From a virus: a stretch of 47,463 bases of DNA. Shown in pieces: positions 32,973 through 40,897 of this stretch. The translations under genes were made by a program, and so were the position numbers. The notes under the pieces were generated by a model, which worked only from the letters and a program-made list of their open reading frames with translations, searched no databases and had not been told where the DNA came from. The DNA is taken from the IMG/VR virus record IMGVR_UViG_3300017963_000091. One strand, written 5' to 3'. Position 1 is the first letter of the stretch. Every line of letters begins with the position of its first letter.

Positions 32973-34567
32973 CAGTTGCGCCTCAAGTATGAAAATTCGT
33001 TCGGTGCGGCGTACCATTCCCCGCGCTTCTCGTCGCGCAACAGGGCGTCCACGGCCTCGTCCACGCTGTAGAACTTCTTGTAGAAGTCGGCCCATTCCGC
33101 TTCGGTCGTGATGTGACGCCGCTCACGCGGCGGCTTCGGCAATATCGCGGTCTTCGACAGGTTCACCGCGTCGGACAGCGCGTCGAGCGCGTCGTCATGC
33201 CCGCGCCGCTTGGCGTCCATGCGGAAGTCGCGCATTTCGGCCTCAAGCGGCTTCGCTCGGCCACGCGGCAGCTTCAATGTCCCGCGTTCCACGAACGGTT
33301 GCAGGCCCGACACGATGCGGTATTCCTTCGACGCCTTGCCCCCGCGCTTGATTTCCTTGACCGGCAGGCGTTCGCCGCGTTCGGCCTCAAAATGCGGCAG
33401 GATACGCGGCAACATGGCCTGCGCCGCAACGGATTCAATGCCGATAATGCGCGGATTCCAGCGTTCATTCACGCCGAACAGGATTTCAATGATCGTCATC
33501 GGGTTGTACTTGCCGTAACGCACGTCGAGCACGTAGCGGATGCCGTTGGAATCCACGCCAATGGTCACAACGGCGGTGTTGTCCGCCTTCTCGCTGTCCG
33601 AATAGGCGAGATCAACGGCGGTGTAGCAGCGCAGGGACTCCGCCCAGCCCTTTTCCGCCTCGGTCGGGTCATAGAAGTTCTCGCCCGTCAGGTCGAACAC
33701 GAGTTCGGACGGGTCAATCGGCTCATTCAAGTACCACAGCCGGAATATCGTGCTGCCCGCCGTCTCCGCGATCTCCTGCAATGCCGACATCGGGTAGGAG
33801 CGCGGCATAGTCGCCACGCAGTCGGGACTGCCCCATTCGCCCTTGACTGCGCGGAACTCAAAATTGTTCGCCCTGAACCGCTCGTTGGTGCGCAGAACGT
33901 ACTCCACAAGGTCCTTCTGCGCCCAGCGCGTGCCGACGTTCAGCAACCGCCCGTGTTCCGGGTCGTTCAGCAGGGACAACGACTGCTTGTACCAGCCAAT
34001 CGCCTGCTGAATGTCGTCGTTCGTCGGCAATATCTCGTCGCCGGTCGAGTCGTCGGGCTTCGCGGTGAGAAGGTCGTCCATGACAATCTCGTCCACGGCC
34101 CGCGAGATGACCCGCGTTGTCGCTCCGGCCACGCTGAACGTCGGTGTACCCTTGAGGCTGGAACGCCGGAGGGAGCAGGATTCTGCGCTCCAGCCCTTGT
34201 TGAAGTCCGGGATTACTTCCGGGTAACACCCCCGAAATAACGGGTTCCGCTCAACGTGGCCTTGTAATTCCTTGAGTTTGATCTTCGCGTTGTCCACCGT
34301 GTTCATCGTCAACAGGAACGTCACATCGGGATGCCGCACGCCCCGCCAGAGCGGGTACGCGATAGTGCAGAGCGTGGACTTGTAGAACTTGCGCGGCATG
34401 GTCGCATTGATGCGCGTGCGCGCCGGATTCTGCAACGCCTCGCAGAGCGGGCCGTGTACGTCGCGTTCGAGCTTGTCATAGCCCAGGATGCCCGCCGCGA
34501 AGCCGAACAGGTCGCGCAGCCCCATGTCCCGGAGCCGCTGTAGCTCCGGGGTCGCCGCCTTGCCCAT
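32972..34567 (-). CDS. terL: terminase large subunit (531 aa)
   Basis: Walker-B-like EIVMDDLL, then RNaseH-like nuclease motifs AVDLAYSD...VTIGVD, IIGIESVAAQ and GHDDALDALSDAV. Directly upstream of the portal gene. Confidence 0.85.
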   Translation of the reverse strand: MGKAATPELQRLRDMGLRDLFGFAAGILGYDKLERDVHGPLCEALQNPARTRINATMPRKFYKSTLCTIAYPLWRGVRHPDVTFLLTMNTVDNAKIKLKELQGHVERNPLFRGCYPEVIPDFNKGWSAESCSLRRSSLKGTPTFSVAGATTRVISRAVDEIVMDDLLTAKPDDSTGDEILPTNDDIQQAIGWYKQSLSLLNDPEHGRLLNVGTRWAQKDLVEYVLRTNERFRANNFEFRAVKGEWGSPDCVATMPRSYPMSALQEIAETAGSTIFRLWYLNEPIDPSELVFDLTGENFYDPTEAEKGWAESLRCYTAVDLAYSDSEKADNTAVVTIGVDSNGIRYVLDVRYGKYNPMTIIEILFGVNERWNPRIIGIESVAAQAMLPRILPHFEAERGERLPVKEIKRGGKASKEYRIVSGLQPFVERGTLKLPRGRAKPLEAEMRDFRMDAKRRGHDDALDALSDAVNLSKTAILPKPPRERRHITTEAEWADFYKKFYSVDEAVDALLRDEKRGEWYAAPNEFSYLRRN

Positions 34568-34568
34568 G

Positions 34569-34874
34569 TTACCCCTGTGTCGAGGATTTCGCCGAATACA
34601 CGATGAACTTTGCGCCCGCGCCATTCACGTCAGCGTATAGTCCGTAACGCGCCGCAACCGGGGTGATGCGTATGTTCGCGGTCGCCCCCGCAGCAGCCGT
34701 GGCAGTCAACAACATGGTGCCGTCCGCGCTATCCACGTCGTCGTAAATCTTGAGCGTAGCCGCGCCCGACCCGCCAACCAACGTCGCCCCGAACAAAATG
34801 GCAGGCTCGGCCCGTACCGCCGTGTCAGCCGCCAACTCCCCGCTCGATTCAGCTACCGCCAGATTCCACGCCAT
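34569..34874 (-). CDS. hypothetical Ala/Gly-rich protein (101 aa)
   Basis: ORF between the TerS-like and TerL genes. No motif recognised. Confidence 0.5.
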   Translation of the reverse strand: MAWNLAVAESSGELAADTAVRAEPAILFGATLVGGSGAATLKIYDDVDSADGTMLLTATAAAGATANIRITPVAARYGLYADVNGAGAKFIVYSAKSSTQG

Positions 34875-35388
34875 CTCCGTCCTCCACGGTAAATTCAGCC
34901 TCTATCGCGTCCTTGAACACGCTCTCGGCACGCTTTATCTGCTCGGTCGTGATGTTGATGACCACGCCCGCATTGTCCCCAGCACCCACGCCCATCGCCT
35001 TGTACGCCTTCTCGATGGCGCTCAACTTGTTCGCGTCACTCAGCCGCGCCCAGCGGTCATCGTCAAACAGCGCCGCGTGCCGACCCGCGATCTCCTCAGC
35101 ACGGTCGCCCAACAGCCGCTTCACCGCCTCCGGCCCGCGCCCATACTCCCTCGGACGCGCCACCGCCTGCTCCGCTAACGCCAGTAACCGCTTGATCTCC
35201 TCAATGACCACCGGCGAATGGAGCCAAATGCTCGCCCGGTCAGTCGGTACACCCAACGCCTCGGCAATCTCGGCGCTGTTCATCCCGTCTACATGCAAAC
35301 GCGCAGCCTTCGCCGCCTTCGCGTGCAAGTTCCGTAGCCGACCACAACTCGATTTCCATACGCTCGGTATGACGCCCGCTGAACGCAC
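34849..35388 (-). CDS. terminase small subunit candidate with HTH (179 aa)
   Basis: HTH-like MNSAEIAEALGVPTDRASIW. Positioned upstream of TerL. GTG start 6 nt after the upstream stop. Confidence 0.45.
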   Translation of the reverse strand: MRSAGVIPSVWKSSCGRLRNLHAKAAKAARLHVDGMNSAEIAEALGVPTDRASIWLHSPVVIEEIKRLLALAEQAVARPREYGRGPEAVKRLLGDRAEEIAGRHAALFDDDRWARLSDANKLSAIEKAYKAMGVGAGDNAGVVINITTEQIKRAESVFKDAIEAEFTVEDGDGVESGGS

Positions 35389-35394
35389 TATCCC

Positions 35395-35733
35395 CTATCC
35401 CCCGGCAGCTTCAACCGCAAACTCACGCAACGCCCGCGCAGCCATGTCACACGTCACGTCCGCGACCTTATCCCGACAAGCGCCGTCAGGATTCGCCCGT
35501 ATATCATACCACCCCACGAATGCACAGGACTGCGCCTTGAAGTCGGGGGCGGTCGGAATACAATATGCGGCTACGCCCCAATCCGTAATTCGCTTCCCGT
35601 CATCGTCATACGTCGGCCATACCGACTTTGGCTCCGTCCACTTCTCGCCAACACGCTGACCACGCGCCACCACAGCGCGCGTCATGTGCGGCAAGAACTC
35701 GTAGCATAACGCCGCCTTCTCGCTGTCACGCAT
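35395..35733 (-). CDS. hypothetical protein (112 aa)
   Basis: ORF with an ATG that overlaps the upstream gene by 8 nt. Confidence 0.55.
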   Translation of the reverse strand: MRDSEKAALCYEFLPHMTRAVVARGQRVGEKWTEPKSVWPTYDDDGKRITDWGVAAYCIPTAPDFKAQSCAFVGWYDIRANPDGACRDKVADVTCDMAARALREFAVEAAGG

Positions 35734-35977
35734 CCTTCGCTCCCTGCTCCACTTTGAGACACCCGGCAGCGTCTATCCGCTTCCCGATGATAACCGGAAG
35801 CTCCTGACCAGCATACACGTAAAAGTCCTTGTCCATTACCGCCTGCCCGCAATCCCTACACCAATACGCAACAAGCTCACTCGGCATTGTCCCGTTCTCC
35901 CGTGTGAACACCGGAAACTCCACCTTCACCGTCACCGCCATGTACCCACGCTCCCCACACCCGCCGCACGTCACCAT
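35726..35977 (-). CDS. zinc-ribbon protein (83 aa), first gene of the long leftward operon
   Basis: GAGGAGGAGGGAG precedes the ATG. CGGCG ... CRDCG forms two CxxC pairs. Confidence 0.6.
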   Translation of the reverse strand: MVTCGGCGERGYMAVTVKVEFPVFTRENGTMPSELVAYWCRDCGQAVMDKDFYVYAGQELPVIIGKRIDAAGCLKVEQGAKDA

Positions 35978-36098
35978 GACTCCCTCCTCCTCAATACGAC
36001 AAACAACCGCCTAACATGCCCCTAAAAGCCGCTACCAGCCCCGTAGAGCGATTTTTTCGCGCACCCCCCTGTCCAGTCACCCCCAACACCCCAATCTC

Positions 36099-36139
36099 GC
36101 CAGAACGCGCCAGAACGCCATATACAACGTGTGTTGTAT
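36099..36139. promoter_or_regulatory. operator-like elements: tandem 10-mer plus a 7-4-7 palindrome
   Basis: GCCAGAACGC x2 (36099-36118) is followed 3 nt later by ATACAAC-GTGT-GTTGTAT (36122-36139), in the leader of the leftward structural operon. Confidence 0.4.
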
Positions 36140-36249
36140 TACGGGACACCCCTGAAATGCTCGCGCTATTCTGGCGGGGTGATATATATACATCTGCGCC
36201 CCCTTCGGGGGGACCACCCCGGCTCGTGTATGTGCTTGCTGCTGCCATA

Positions 36250-36480
36250 TAGTGTAGTGTACTGCGCTTGCTGCGTGTTGCTGCGTGTATGTGTTACGCC
36301 GCGCTGTGTGTGCTGCGTTGCGCTGCGTGTAGCTGTGTGTGCTGTGTTGCGGTGTGGGGAGATGCAGCGAGGGGTGCGGTGTGATACGAGCGGATACGGC
36401 GTGTTGTGTTACGCTGCGTGATGTATTCTCCCGATCTCGGTGCGTTGGTGCTGCTGTGTGGTGTTGCTCGTGTCCAGCTC
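36250..36480. repeat. strand-skewed G+T-rich low-complexity tract with five GCTGCGT copies
   Basis: GCTGCGT occurs at 36270, 36280, 36312, 36322 and 36413, in two pairs spaced 10 bp apart. The plus strand is dominated by G and T, so leftward RNA would be C/A-rich and G-poor. The ORFs here translate to low-complexity nonsense. Confidence 0.8.
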
Positions 36481-36642
36481 GGCGAACGCCACCGCAGTCT
36501 TTGGGCCGTTGCTTGCTGCACTCGCTGGACACTCGCTATTAACACGTCTATTCATTAATATAATGGGCAGATGTTGACCTCTTGTTGACCATTAGGGCGT
36601 GGCGAGTTCATATAATGTAGTGATAGCGGGAAATAATTTTTC

Positions 36643-36670
36643 TTGACATGGGCTATTATGGCGGTATAAT
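36643..36670 (+). promoter_or_regulatory. near-consensus sigma70 promoter, rightward
   Basis: TTGACA (36643-36648), 16 nt, TATAAT (36665-36670), in an AT-rich patch that also has TATAAT at 36559 and 36611 and TTGACC at 36574 and 36585. A leader hairpin CCAGGC-CGGA-GCCTGG follows. Confidence 0.6.
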
Positions 36671-36721
36671 ATAGGTAAAGGCCAGGCCGGAGCCTGGCGG
36701 GTTTAGATGGAGGACGGAACG

Positions 36722-37036
36722 ATGGACGCGAAGCACACGGCGGATGACAAGATCAGGTGGATGCGCGATTACCGTGGCCGCACGGGCGGCACATTGGAAC
36801 AGGCGCGGCGAGCATATCGCCTGGCTAGGCGGCTGCGGGCCTGCCGCGACGCTTGCGAGGGCATCCCGACCGAAGCCCTTGAAGCTGGCGTCGTCAAGGA
36901 ACTGCTGGCGGCGCTGGAGTCCGCCGTGGACATCCTCGACGGGTTCACCGACGACGACGGCATTGCTGCGCGAGACAGGGCATACGCCGCAATCGCCAAG
37001 GCGAAACCCAAGGGGAAAGCCCATGCCACAGATTGA
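36722..37036 (+). CDS. hypothetical protein (104 aa)
   Basis: GGAGGA (36709-36714) lies 7 nt before ATG 36722. One of only two plus-strand genes. Helical; no motif recognised. Confidence 0.6.
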   Translation: MDAKHTADDKIRWMRDYRGRTGGTLEQARRAYRLARRLRACRDACEGIPTEALEAGVVKELLAALESAVDILDGFTDDDGIAARDRAYAAIAKAKPKGKAHATD

Positions 37037-37187
37037 ACTCCCGAAATTCAACTGCTTCCGCTGCGGACACGTCTGGATTCCCCGCAAGCCGAACAAGCCC
37101 CGCGTGTGTCCCAAGTGTAAGTCCGCGTGGTGGGACAGGCCGCGTAGCGGGCCTATTCAGCCCGCATCCGCGCCGCATACGTCTTGA
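37023..37187 (+). CDS. small zinc-ribbon protein (54 aa)
   Basis: AAGGGGAAAG precedes ATG 37023. MPQIELPKFNCFRCGHVWIPRKPNKPRVCPKCKSAWW has CxxC...CxxC. The 3' end overlaps the convergent gene 37153..37527 by 35 nt. Confidence 0.55.
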   Translation: MPQIELPKFNCFRCGHVWIPRKPNKPRVCPKCKSAWWDRPRSGPIQPASAPHTS

Positions 37188-37527
37188 TTTTCGCTTGTGC
37201 CCTGCGCCATGTGCGGTACACTGCCGCAACATCTACGCCAAGCCCTGCGGCAATCTCGCGGAACGTGTAGCCCGCCCACATGCGTTCGCGCCACACGCGA
37301 TACTGCCGTTTCGTCAACAGCCCCATGCATTCCTCGACGTCTTGGAGCCGTGCCGCCGCCGCATCGGCCCTGTTGCGTACCGCGCCCGCCTCCGTGTCGG
37401 CAAGTTCCTTATGCCCGCCGCCCGTTGGGGGCAATTCCTCCGGCCCGACCCGCCCCAACTCCGCCTTCATGTCCTTGCATAACGTCTTACAGCCCGCCCG
37501 CTTGGGGCACTCGTTGCACGTTACCAT
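37153..37527 (-). CDS. sigma-70 region-4-like HTH protein with a Cys-rich N-terminus (124 aa)
   Basis: LTKRQYRVWRERMWAGYTFREIAAGLGVDVAAVYRTWRRAQAKI matches the region-4/LuxR-type HTH pattern. The N-terminus has CNECPKRAGCKTLC. Confidence 0.65.
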   Translation of the reverse strand: MVTCNECPKRAGCKTLCKDMKAELGRVGPEELPPTGGGHKELADTEAGAVRNRADAAAARLQDVEECMGLLTKRQYRVWRERMWAGYTFREIAAGLGVDVAAVYRTWRRAQAKIKTYAARMRAE

Positions 37528-37538
37528 GATGTGTCCGC

Positions 37539-37925
37539 CTAGAAGGTCCTGACAATGCCGCTTCCACCGTTGTTATATGCCGCCCGCTCAAGGTCTCGAG
37601 GGTCTCCATAGTTCTCCGCGTTCAGCCCGCCATCATGCTCGTCTCGGCCCAACTCGTCTATAAACCATGCCTCCAGCCGCTCGCATGTTTCCTTTCTGCA
37701 TCGTTCCGGGCCGGGGTCGTCACATGACGCGCACGGAAGCACAAACGATGCGGTGCGATCACGCATGGGGCCGCGCTTCCGCCGCGCCGCGTGGTTATGC
37801 GCCCCGTACCCCAGCCGTCGTGGCGTCTTTCGGCATTCCGCAACCCGCTTGTCCACGTGCCCCGGCCCGTCGTCAATCTCCAAGTCCCACAACTCGCGCT
37901 CGGTCAACAGCCACCCTTGGGCCAT
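37539..37925 (-). CDS. hypothetical protein (128 aa)
   Basis: GGAGGATGGAAC precedes ATG 37925..37923. The longer ORF-track start lacks an SD. Confidence 0.55.
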   Translation of the reverse strand: MAQGWLLTERELWDLEIDDGPGHVDKRVAECRKTPRRLGYGAHNHAARRKRGPMRDRTASFVLPCASCDDPGPERCRKETCERLEAWFIDELGRDEHDGGLNAENYGDPRDLERAAYNNGGSGIVRTF

Positions 37926-37953
37926 GTTCCATCCTCCGCCAACCCCCCCTCCA

Positions 37954-38403
37954 CTATTCGGCGGAATGCGCCCGGTGCAGCAGGATGAGGTCTTTGCGAG
38001 AGCGGCGCAACCATTGATTTGTTCCAAAGGGCTTGACATGCACACTCCAAGCATCGGTTAGTTTGTTGCTGGACCTATCTTCTCTTGCAATACCAGTCCA
38101 AGCCGTTTTGCGGTCCTCCACAAAATCCCCCTCGCGCAGTTCCGCCTTGCGGGTCACGCGAACCTTGCTGGCGCGAACGGAGAATCGCCTGAACGGGTCT
38201 GTGCTTTCAAGCCACAGATGATTTTCGCGCCGCGCCAGCACAACGCACGGGCCGCATGGGTCGCCAGATAGAACTTCAACCTCATCCCCGCACTCTGGAA
38301 TTTCGTCCCTCGGCTTCCGTCCATGTGGGGCGCGGCGCGTCCACGGGTTCGCAGCCGAACATGCGGCAACTAGCGTGTTGATCGTGTTCGTCGTAATGCG
38401 CAC
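37954..38403 (-). CDS. hypothetical protein (149 aa; start uncertain)
   Basis: GTG start. The N-terminal 122 nt overlap 38282..38557 in another frame. Ends HSAE-TAG in a 13-mer variant. Confidence 0.45.
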   Translation of the reverse strand: MRITTNTINTLVAACSAANPWTRRAPHGRKPRDEIPECGDEVEVLSGDPCGPCVVLARRENHLWLESTDPFRRFSVRASKVRVTRKAELREGDFVEDRKTAWTGIAREDRSSNKLTDAWSVHVKPFGTNQWLRRSRKDLILLHRAHSAE

Positions 38404-38557
38404 CCGGCGCGTATGGATTTCCCTTCATCCTTTTGGGCTTTTCCGGCTCGACAAGGGCGTCGAGGATGTTCCGCATTTGCTCTGTGGTTACGTAATGGTC
38501 AAGCTGGTTGCAATCCAAAGTCCGACTGGCCCGCTCCACGGCTTCCTTGCTACTCAT
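38282..38557 (-). CDS. hypothetical protein (91 aa)
   Basis: AAGGAGA precedes ATG 38557..38555, which overlaps the TGA of the upstream gene (ATGA). Confidence 0.5.
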   Translation of the reverse strand: MSSKEAVERASRTLDCNQLDHYVTTEQMRNILDALVEPEKPKRMKGNPYAPGAHYDEHDQHASCRMFGCEPVDAPRPTWTEAEGRNSRVRG

Positions 38558-38919
38558 GGCTTCTCCTTTCCGATTTTCAGAACGGCGGCGATAAGCCGCG
38601 TGTCAAAGTCCGGCTCGTCTGGATCGTGTGGAACGGCTTCGATATATGCGTCTTCCGGCAGAAACCGCCGCGCCGCGTCGCGCAGGATGCAGTAGGCGAG
38701 GCCAGGAGAGAACGAACACTTGTATTCACCATCAACGCTAGTCCACTCTGGCGACCTTTTCGACCGCCACTCGTGGTACAGGTGTTCTCCATCAAGCCGG
38801 GCGCGCTCTTTAGATTCCGGCCCCTCAATCGCGTCGCCCTCCCATTCCAGCAACCCCGCCAGCACCTTCACGGCCTCGCGGCCTTCCGGCGTGTCCCATG
38901 CGTTCATTTCGTTACTCAC
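38554..38919 (-). CDS. hypothetical protein (121 aa)
   Basis: GTG 38919..38917 overlaps the TGA of 38916..39170 (GTGA), with GGAGGA 6 nt upstream. Confidence 0.55.
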   Translation of the reverse strand: MSNEMNAWDTPEGREAVKVLAGLLEWEGDAIEGPESKERARLDGEHLYHEWRSKRSPEWTSVDGEYKCSFSPGLAYCILRDAARRFLPEDAYIEAVPHDPDEPDFDTRLIAAVLKIGKEKP

Positions 38920-39170
38920 CACAAGTCCTCCGTCATTAGAATTGGCGGCGCTTTTGCCTTGCCCGGCAGTTGGCCGCAGATAAACGCCTCCTGTGCCGCA
39001 AGCCCGCGTGTCAGAAACTCGCCCTCGCTGTTGACAAAGCCCTGACACGCACCAGTCCGCCGAGCCGAGGCCCCGGCCTGTACCATAGCTCGTATAATGT
39101 CATCATGGCGCTTCGGGCGGGGCAGTGTCCATACCTTGTCCGGCGTCTTGATTGCGGCGGCAACTATCAT
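38916..39170 (-). CDS. hypothetical protein (84 aa)
   Basis: GGGAGTGG precedes the ATG. MIVAAAIKTPDKVWTLPRPKRHDDIIRAM... resembles a recurrent small phage protein pattern (AAI+..DG.. .RHHDI) of unknown function. Confidence 0.6.
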   Translation of the reverse strand: MIVAAAIKTPDKVWTLPRPKRHDDIIRAMVQAGASARRTGACQGFVNSEGEFLTRGLAAQEAFICGQLPGKAKAPPILMTEDLW

Positions 39171-39191
39171 CGGTTCACCACTCCCTATTCA

Positions 39192-39626
39192 CTATTCACC
39201 ATTGGGCCGTGCAATCTTCCTTTCCGCCTCAAGCATCGCCTCGGCATACTTCATTTCGTCGCGGCGCAAGCGGAGCGTGAATTCAATTACGGGTCTCCTG
39301 CCCCACACGCCATCTGCGTTGGGCAGCGTGTTTTCTATAGCAGTCACCAATCTCGATGTCCTATGCGGGGCCGCCAACAGCCACCCCTCAAGCCACGCGA
39401 GCAGTTCGGGGATGGGCTTGGGCGTATCCGAATGTCCCCACTCGGGCGTTTCGAGCATTAGCCCGCCGCAGTCCTTTACGCAGTCGCCCTCGGATTCTTC
39501 GACGCTGGAATACGGTGCCTGAACGTGGCAATCTTCGCACTCGAAGATTTGCTCGTTTTGATGTCCCTCCCCACCCCTCCGCTCTACAGCTTCGCCAAGC
39601 GCCTCTTGAATCTCAGTCTTGTCCAT
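39192..39626 (-). CDS. hypothetical protein (144 aa)
   Basis: AGGAGG lies 6 nt before ATG 39626..39624. Contains CEDCH ... CVKDCGG. Confidence 0.55.
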   Translation of the reverse strand: MDKTEIQEALGEAVERRGGEGHQNEQIFECEDCHVQAPYSSVEESEGDCVKDCGGLMLETPEWGHSDTPKPIPELLAWLEGWLLAAPHRTSRLVTAIENTLPNADGVWGRRPVIEFTLRLRRDEMKYAEAMLEAERKIARPNGE

Positions 39627-40041
39627 CGCGGGCCTCCTGAAGCCGTGAGATAATCCCCATAAGTTCAATACGCCTGGCATCGTCGTTGTGCGTGTGGGAA
39701 AGCGTGACCTCGGCGCAAAGCAGCCCCGCGTCAAGCCGCCCACTCAATGCGGCATTCTCCCCCCGCAGCCGCTCGATCTCGGAGAATAGTTGGCGCGCAG
39801 TGTCGAGGATTACTTGCGCGTGGTCTACGTTGTAAATGAACCGCGACTGTAACCGCTTCCGAATCGCGTCCAGTTCCGCCTGCGTCATGGACTTGCTCAT
39901 GGGTTTCTCCACAACAGACCGCTGGCAGTGGGAACAATAGTATCCGCCCCCGTCCTCCGAAACGCACCACTCGCGCCCGCAGCCGGAACACACCGTCCCG
40001 ACAATGCGCGTAGATGGGACGGGGTAAACGCCATCGCTCAT
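39613..40041 (-). CDS. zinc-ribbon plus coiled-coil protein (142 aa)
   Basis: The ATG overlaps the TGA of the upstream gene (ATGA). CSGCG ... CSHC, followed by a helical region. Confidence 0.6.
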   Translation of the reverse strand: MSDGVYPVPSTRIVGTVCSGCGREWCVSEDGGGYYCSHCQRSVVEKPMSKSMTQAELDAIRKRLQSRFIYNVDHAQVILDTARQLFSEIERLRGENAALSGRLDAGLLCAEVTLSHTHNDDARRIELMGIISRLQEARDGQD

Positions 40042-40355
40042 TCCGTGGCCTCCTCAATCCGCCGCCCGCACTTCGGGCAGTAAGGTCCATTTTTTTCGAT
40101 TGGCCCGTCTGGCGTAGGTAGCACTTGCCCGTCACATCCACCCTGCCACATGAATCGGTCGGGTGTTCGTGCCACCCACACGCACGGCCCGTCGTCCTCG
40201 ACGAAGCGGACGGCGCGGATAGAGTCGGGGATCACCGCCACCTTCGCCTCGCTCCGCCGAACCCCGTGCGCAAACCTCCTCCGCCGATATGGTTGCCCGT
40301 CTCGGCGTAACAGTTCAGCAACCCAAATCACCGCCCGCTCAGGCTTCGCGTTCAT
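40038..40355 (-). CDS. hypothetical protein (105 aa)
   Basis: GGAGGGGAG precedes ATG 40355..40353. C-terminal CPKCG. Confidence 0.55.
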   Translation of the reverse strand: MNAKPERAVIWVAELLRRDGQPYRRRRFAHGVRRSEAKVAVIPDSIRAVRFVEDDGPCVWVARTPDRFMWQGGCDGQVLPTPDGPIEKNGPYCPKCGRRIEEATE

Positions 40356-40368
40356 ATTCGCTCCCCTC

Positions 40369-40587
40369 CTATAAGCAGCGCTTCGGGAATCGGTACAAAA
40401 CGTGTTCCTGACCACACCCCATCGCATCGCAGTTGTGATATTGGGGGTGTGTTTCGGGTAGGTCTGGCGGAATGCCACACACGACGATATGCGTTTCCGT
40501 TTCGTAGGCAACGCCGATAGGATGTTCGGGTTGCAACCGTGCGGCATGTTCGCCACAATGCTGACACCATCCGCTAGTCTTGCTCAT
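40369..40587 (-). CDS. small Cys/His-rich protein (72 aa)
   Basis: AAGGAGA precedes ATG 40587..40585. CQHCGEH ... HNCDAMGCGQEH. Confidence 0.55.
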   Translation of the reverse strand: MSKTSGWCQHCGEHAARLQPEHPIGVAYETETHIVVCGIPPDLPETHPQYHNCDAMGCGQEHVLYRFPKRCL

Positions 40588-40598
40588 GGCTTCTCTCC

Positions 40599-40895
40599 TT
40601 AGAAACACCCGGCGCATGGGAGTTCCGTATTCAGCGTGTTCGCAAACACCGTCGCCTTGCGCCGCCTCTTGGACTTCGCATCGCGCCAGCCCTGTTCGTA
40701 GGCGTCTTGGCGCACGGCGCGTATCGCGTCGTGTATGCGGCGGTGCATGTACCGCGTGACCAACTCGGCGGCGGCACAGTGTTCTTCGCTCGCCCCAAAC
40801 CGCCACACGCTCTCCGTGTCTGCCGTATCGTCATGGGGCAGGTCCGTGTCCACCTCAATGACAACTGCCGTCCCGTCGCGCTTCACCCTCAGCAT
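40599..40895 (-). CDS. hypothetical protein (98 aa)
   Basis: GGAGGGA precedes ATG 40895..40893. Confidence 0.55.
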   Translation of the reverse strand: MLRVKRDGTAVVIEVDTDLPHDDTADTESVWRFGASEEHCAAAELVTRYMHRRIHDAIRAVRQDAYEQGWRDAKSKRRRKATVFANTLNTELPCAGCF

Positions 40896-40897
40896 GG

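Noticed and set aside
6112-34240. Many long plus-strand ORFs (for example 6112..7140, 7653..8696, 14026..14970, 14937..15968, 17676..18629, 21369..22886, 24903..26168, 26147..27232, 29761..31041, 31992..33071, 33113..34240)
   Set aside because: These are Arg/Pro/His/Val-rich shadow ORFs antisense to well-supported minus-strand genes, as expected in GC-rich DNA. None has a recognisable motif or an SD.
36077-36545. Four ORFs (36077..36532-, 36131..36421+, 36294..36545-, 36339..36542+) in the GT-skewed tract
   Set aside because: The translations are low-complexity (Cys/Val/Leu-rich or His/Thr/Ala/Gln-rich) artefacts of the skewed sequence. They have no SDs and overlap each other, so I treated them as non-coding.
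36574-36616. TTGACC (36574, 36585) with TATAAT (36611) as a second rightward promoter
   Set aside because: The spacers are 20 and 31 nt, outside the functional 16-18 nt range. Only the 36643/36665 pair is well spaced.
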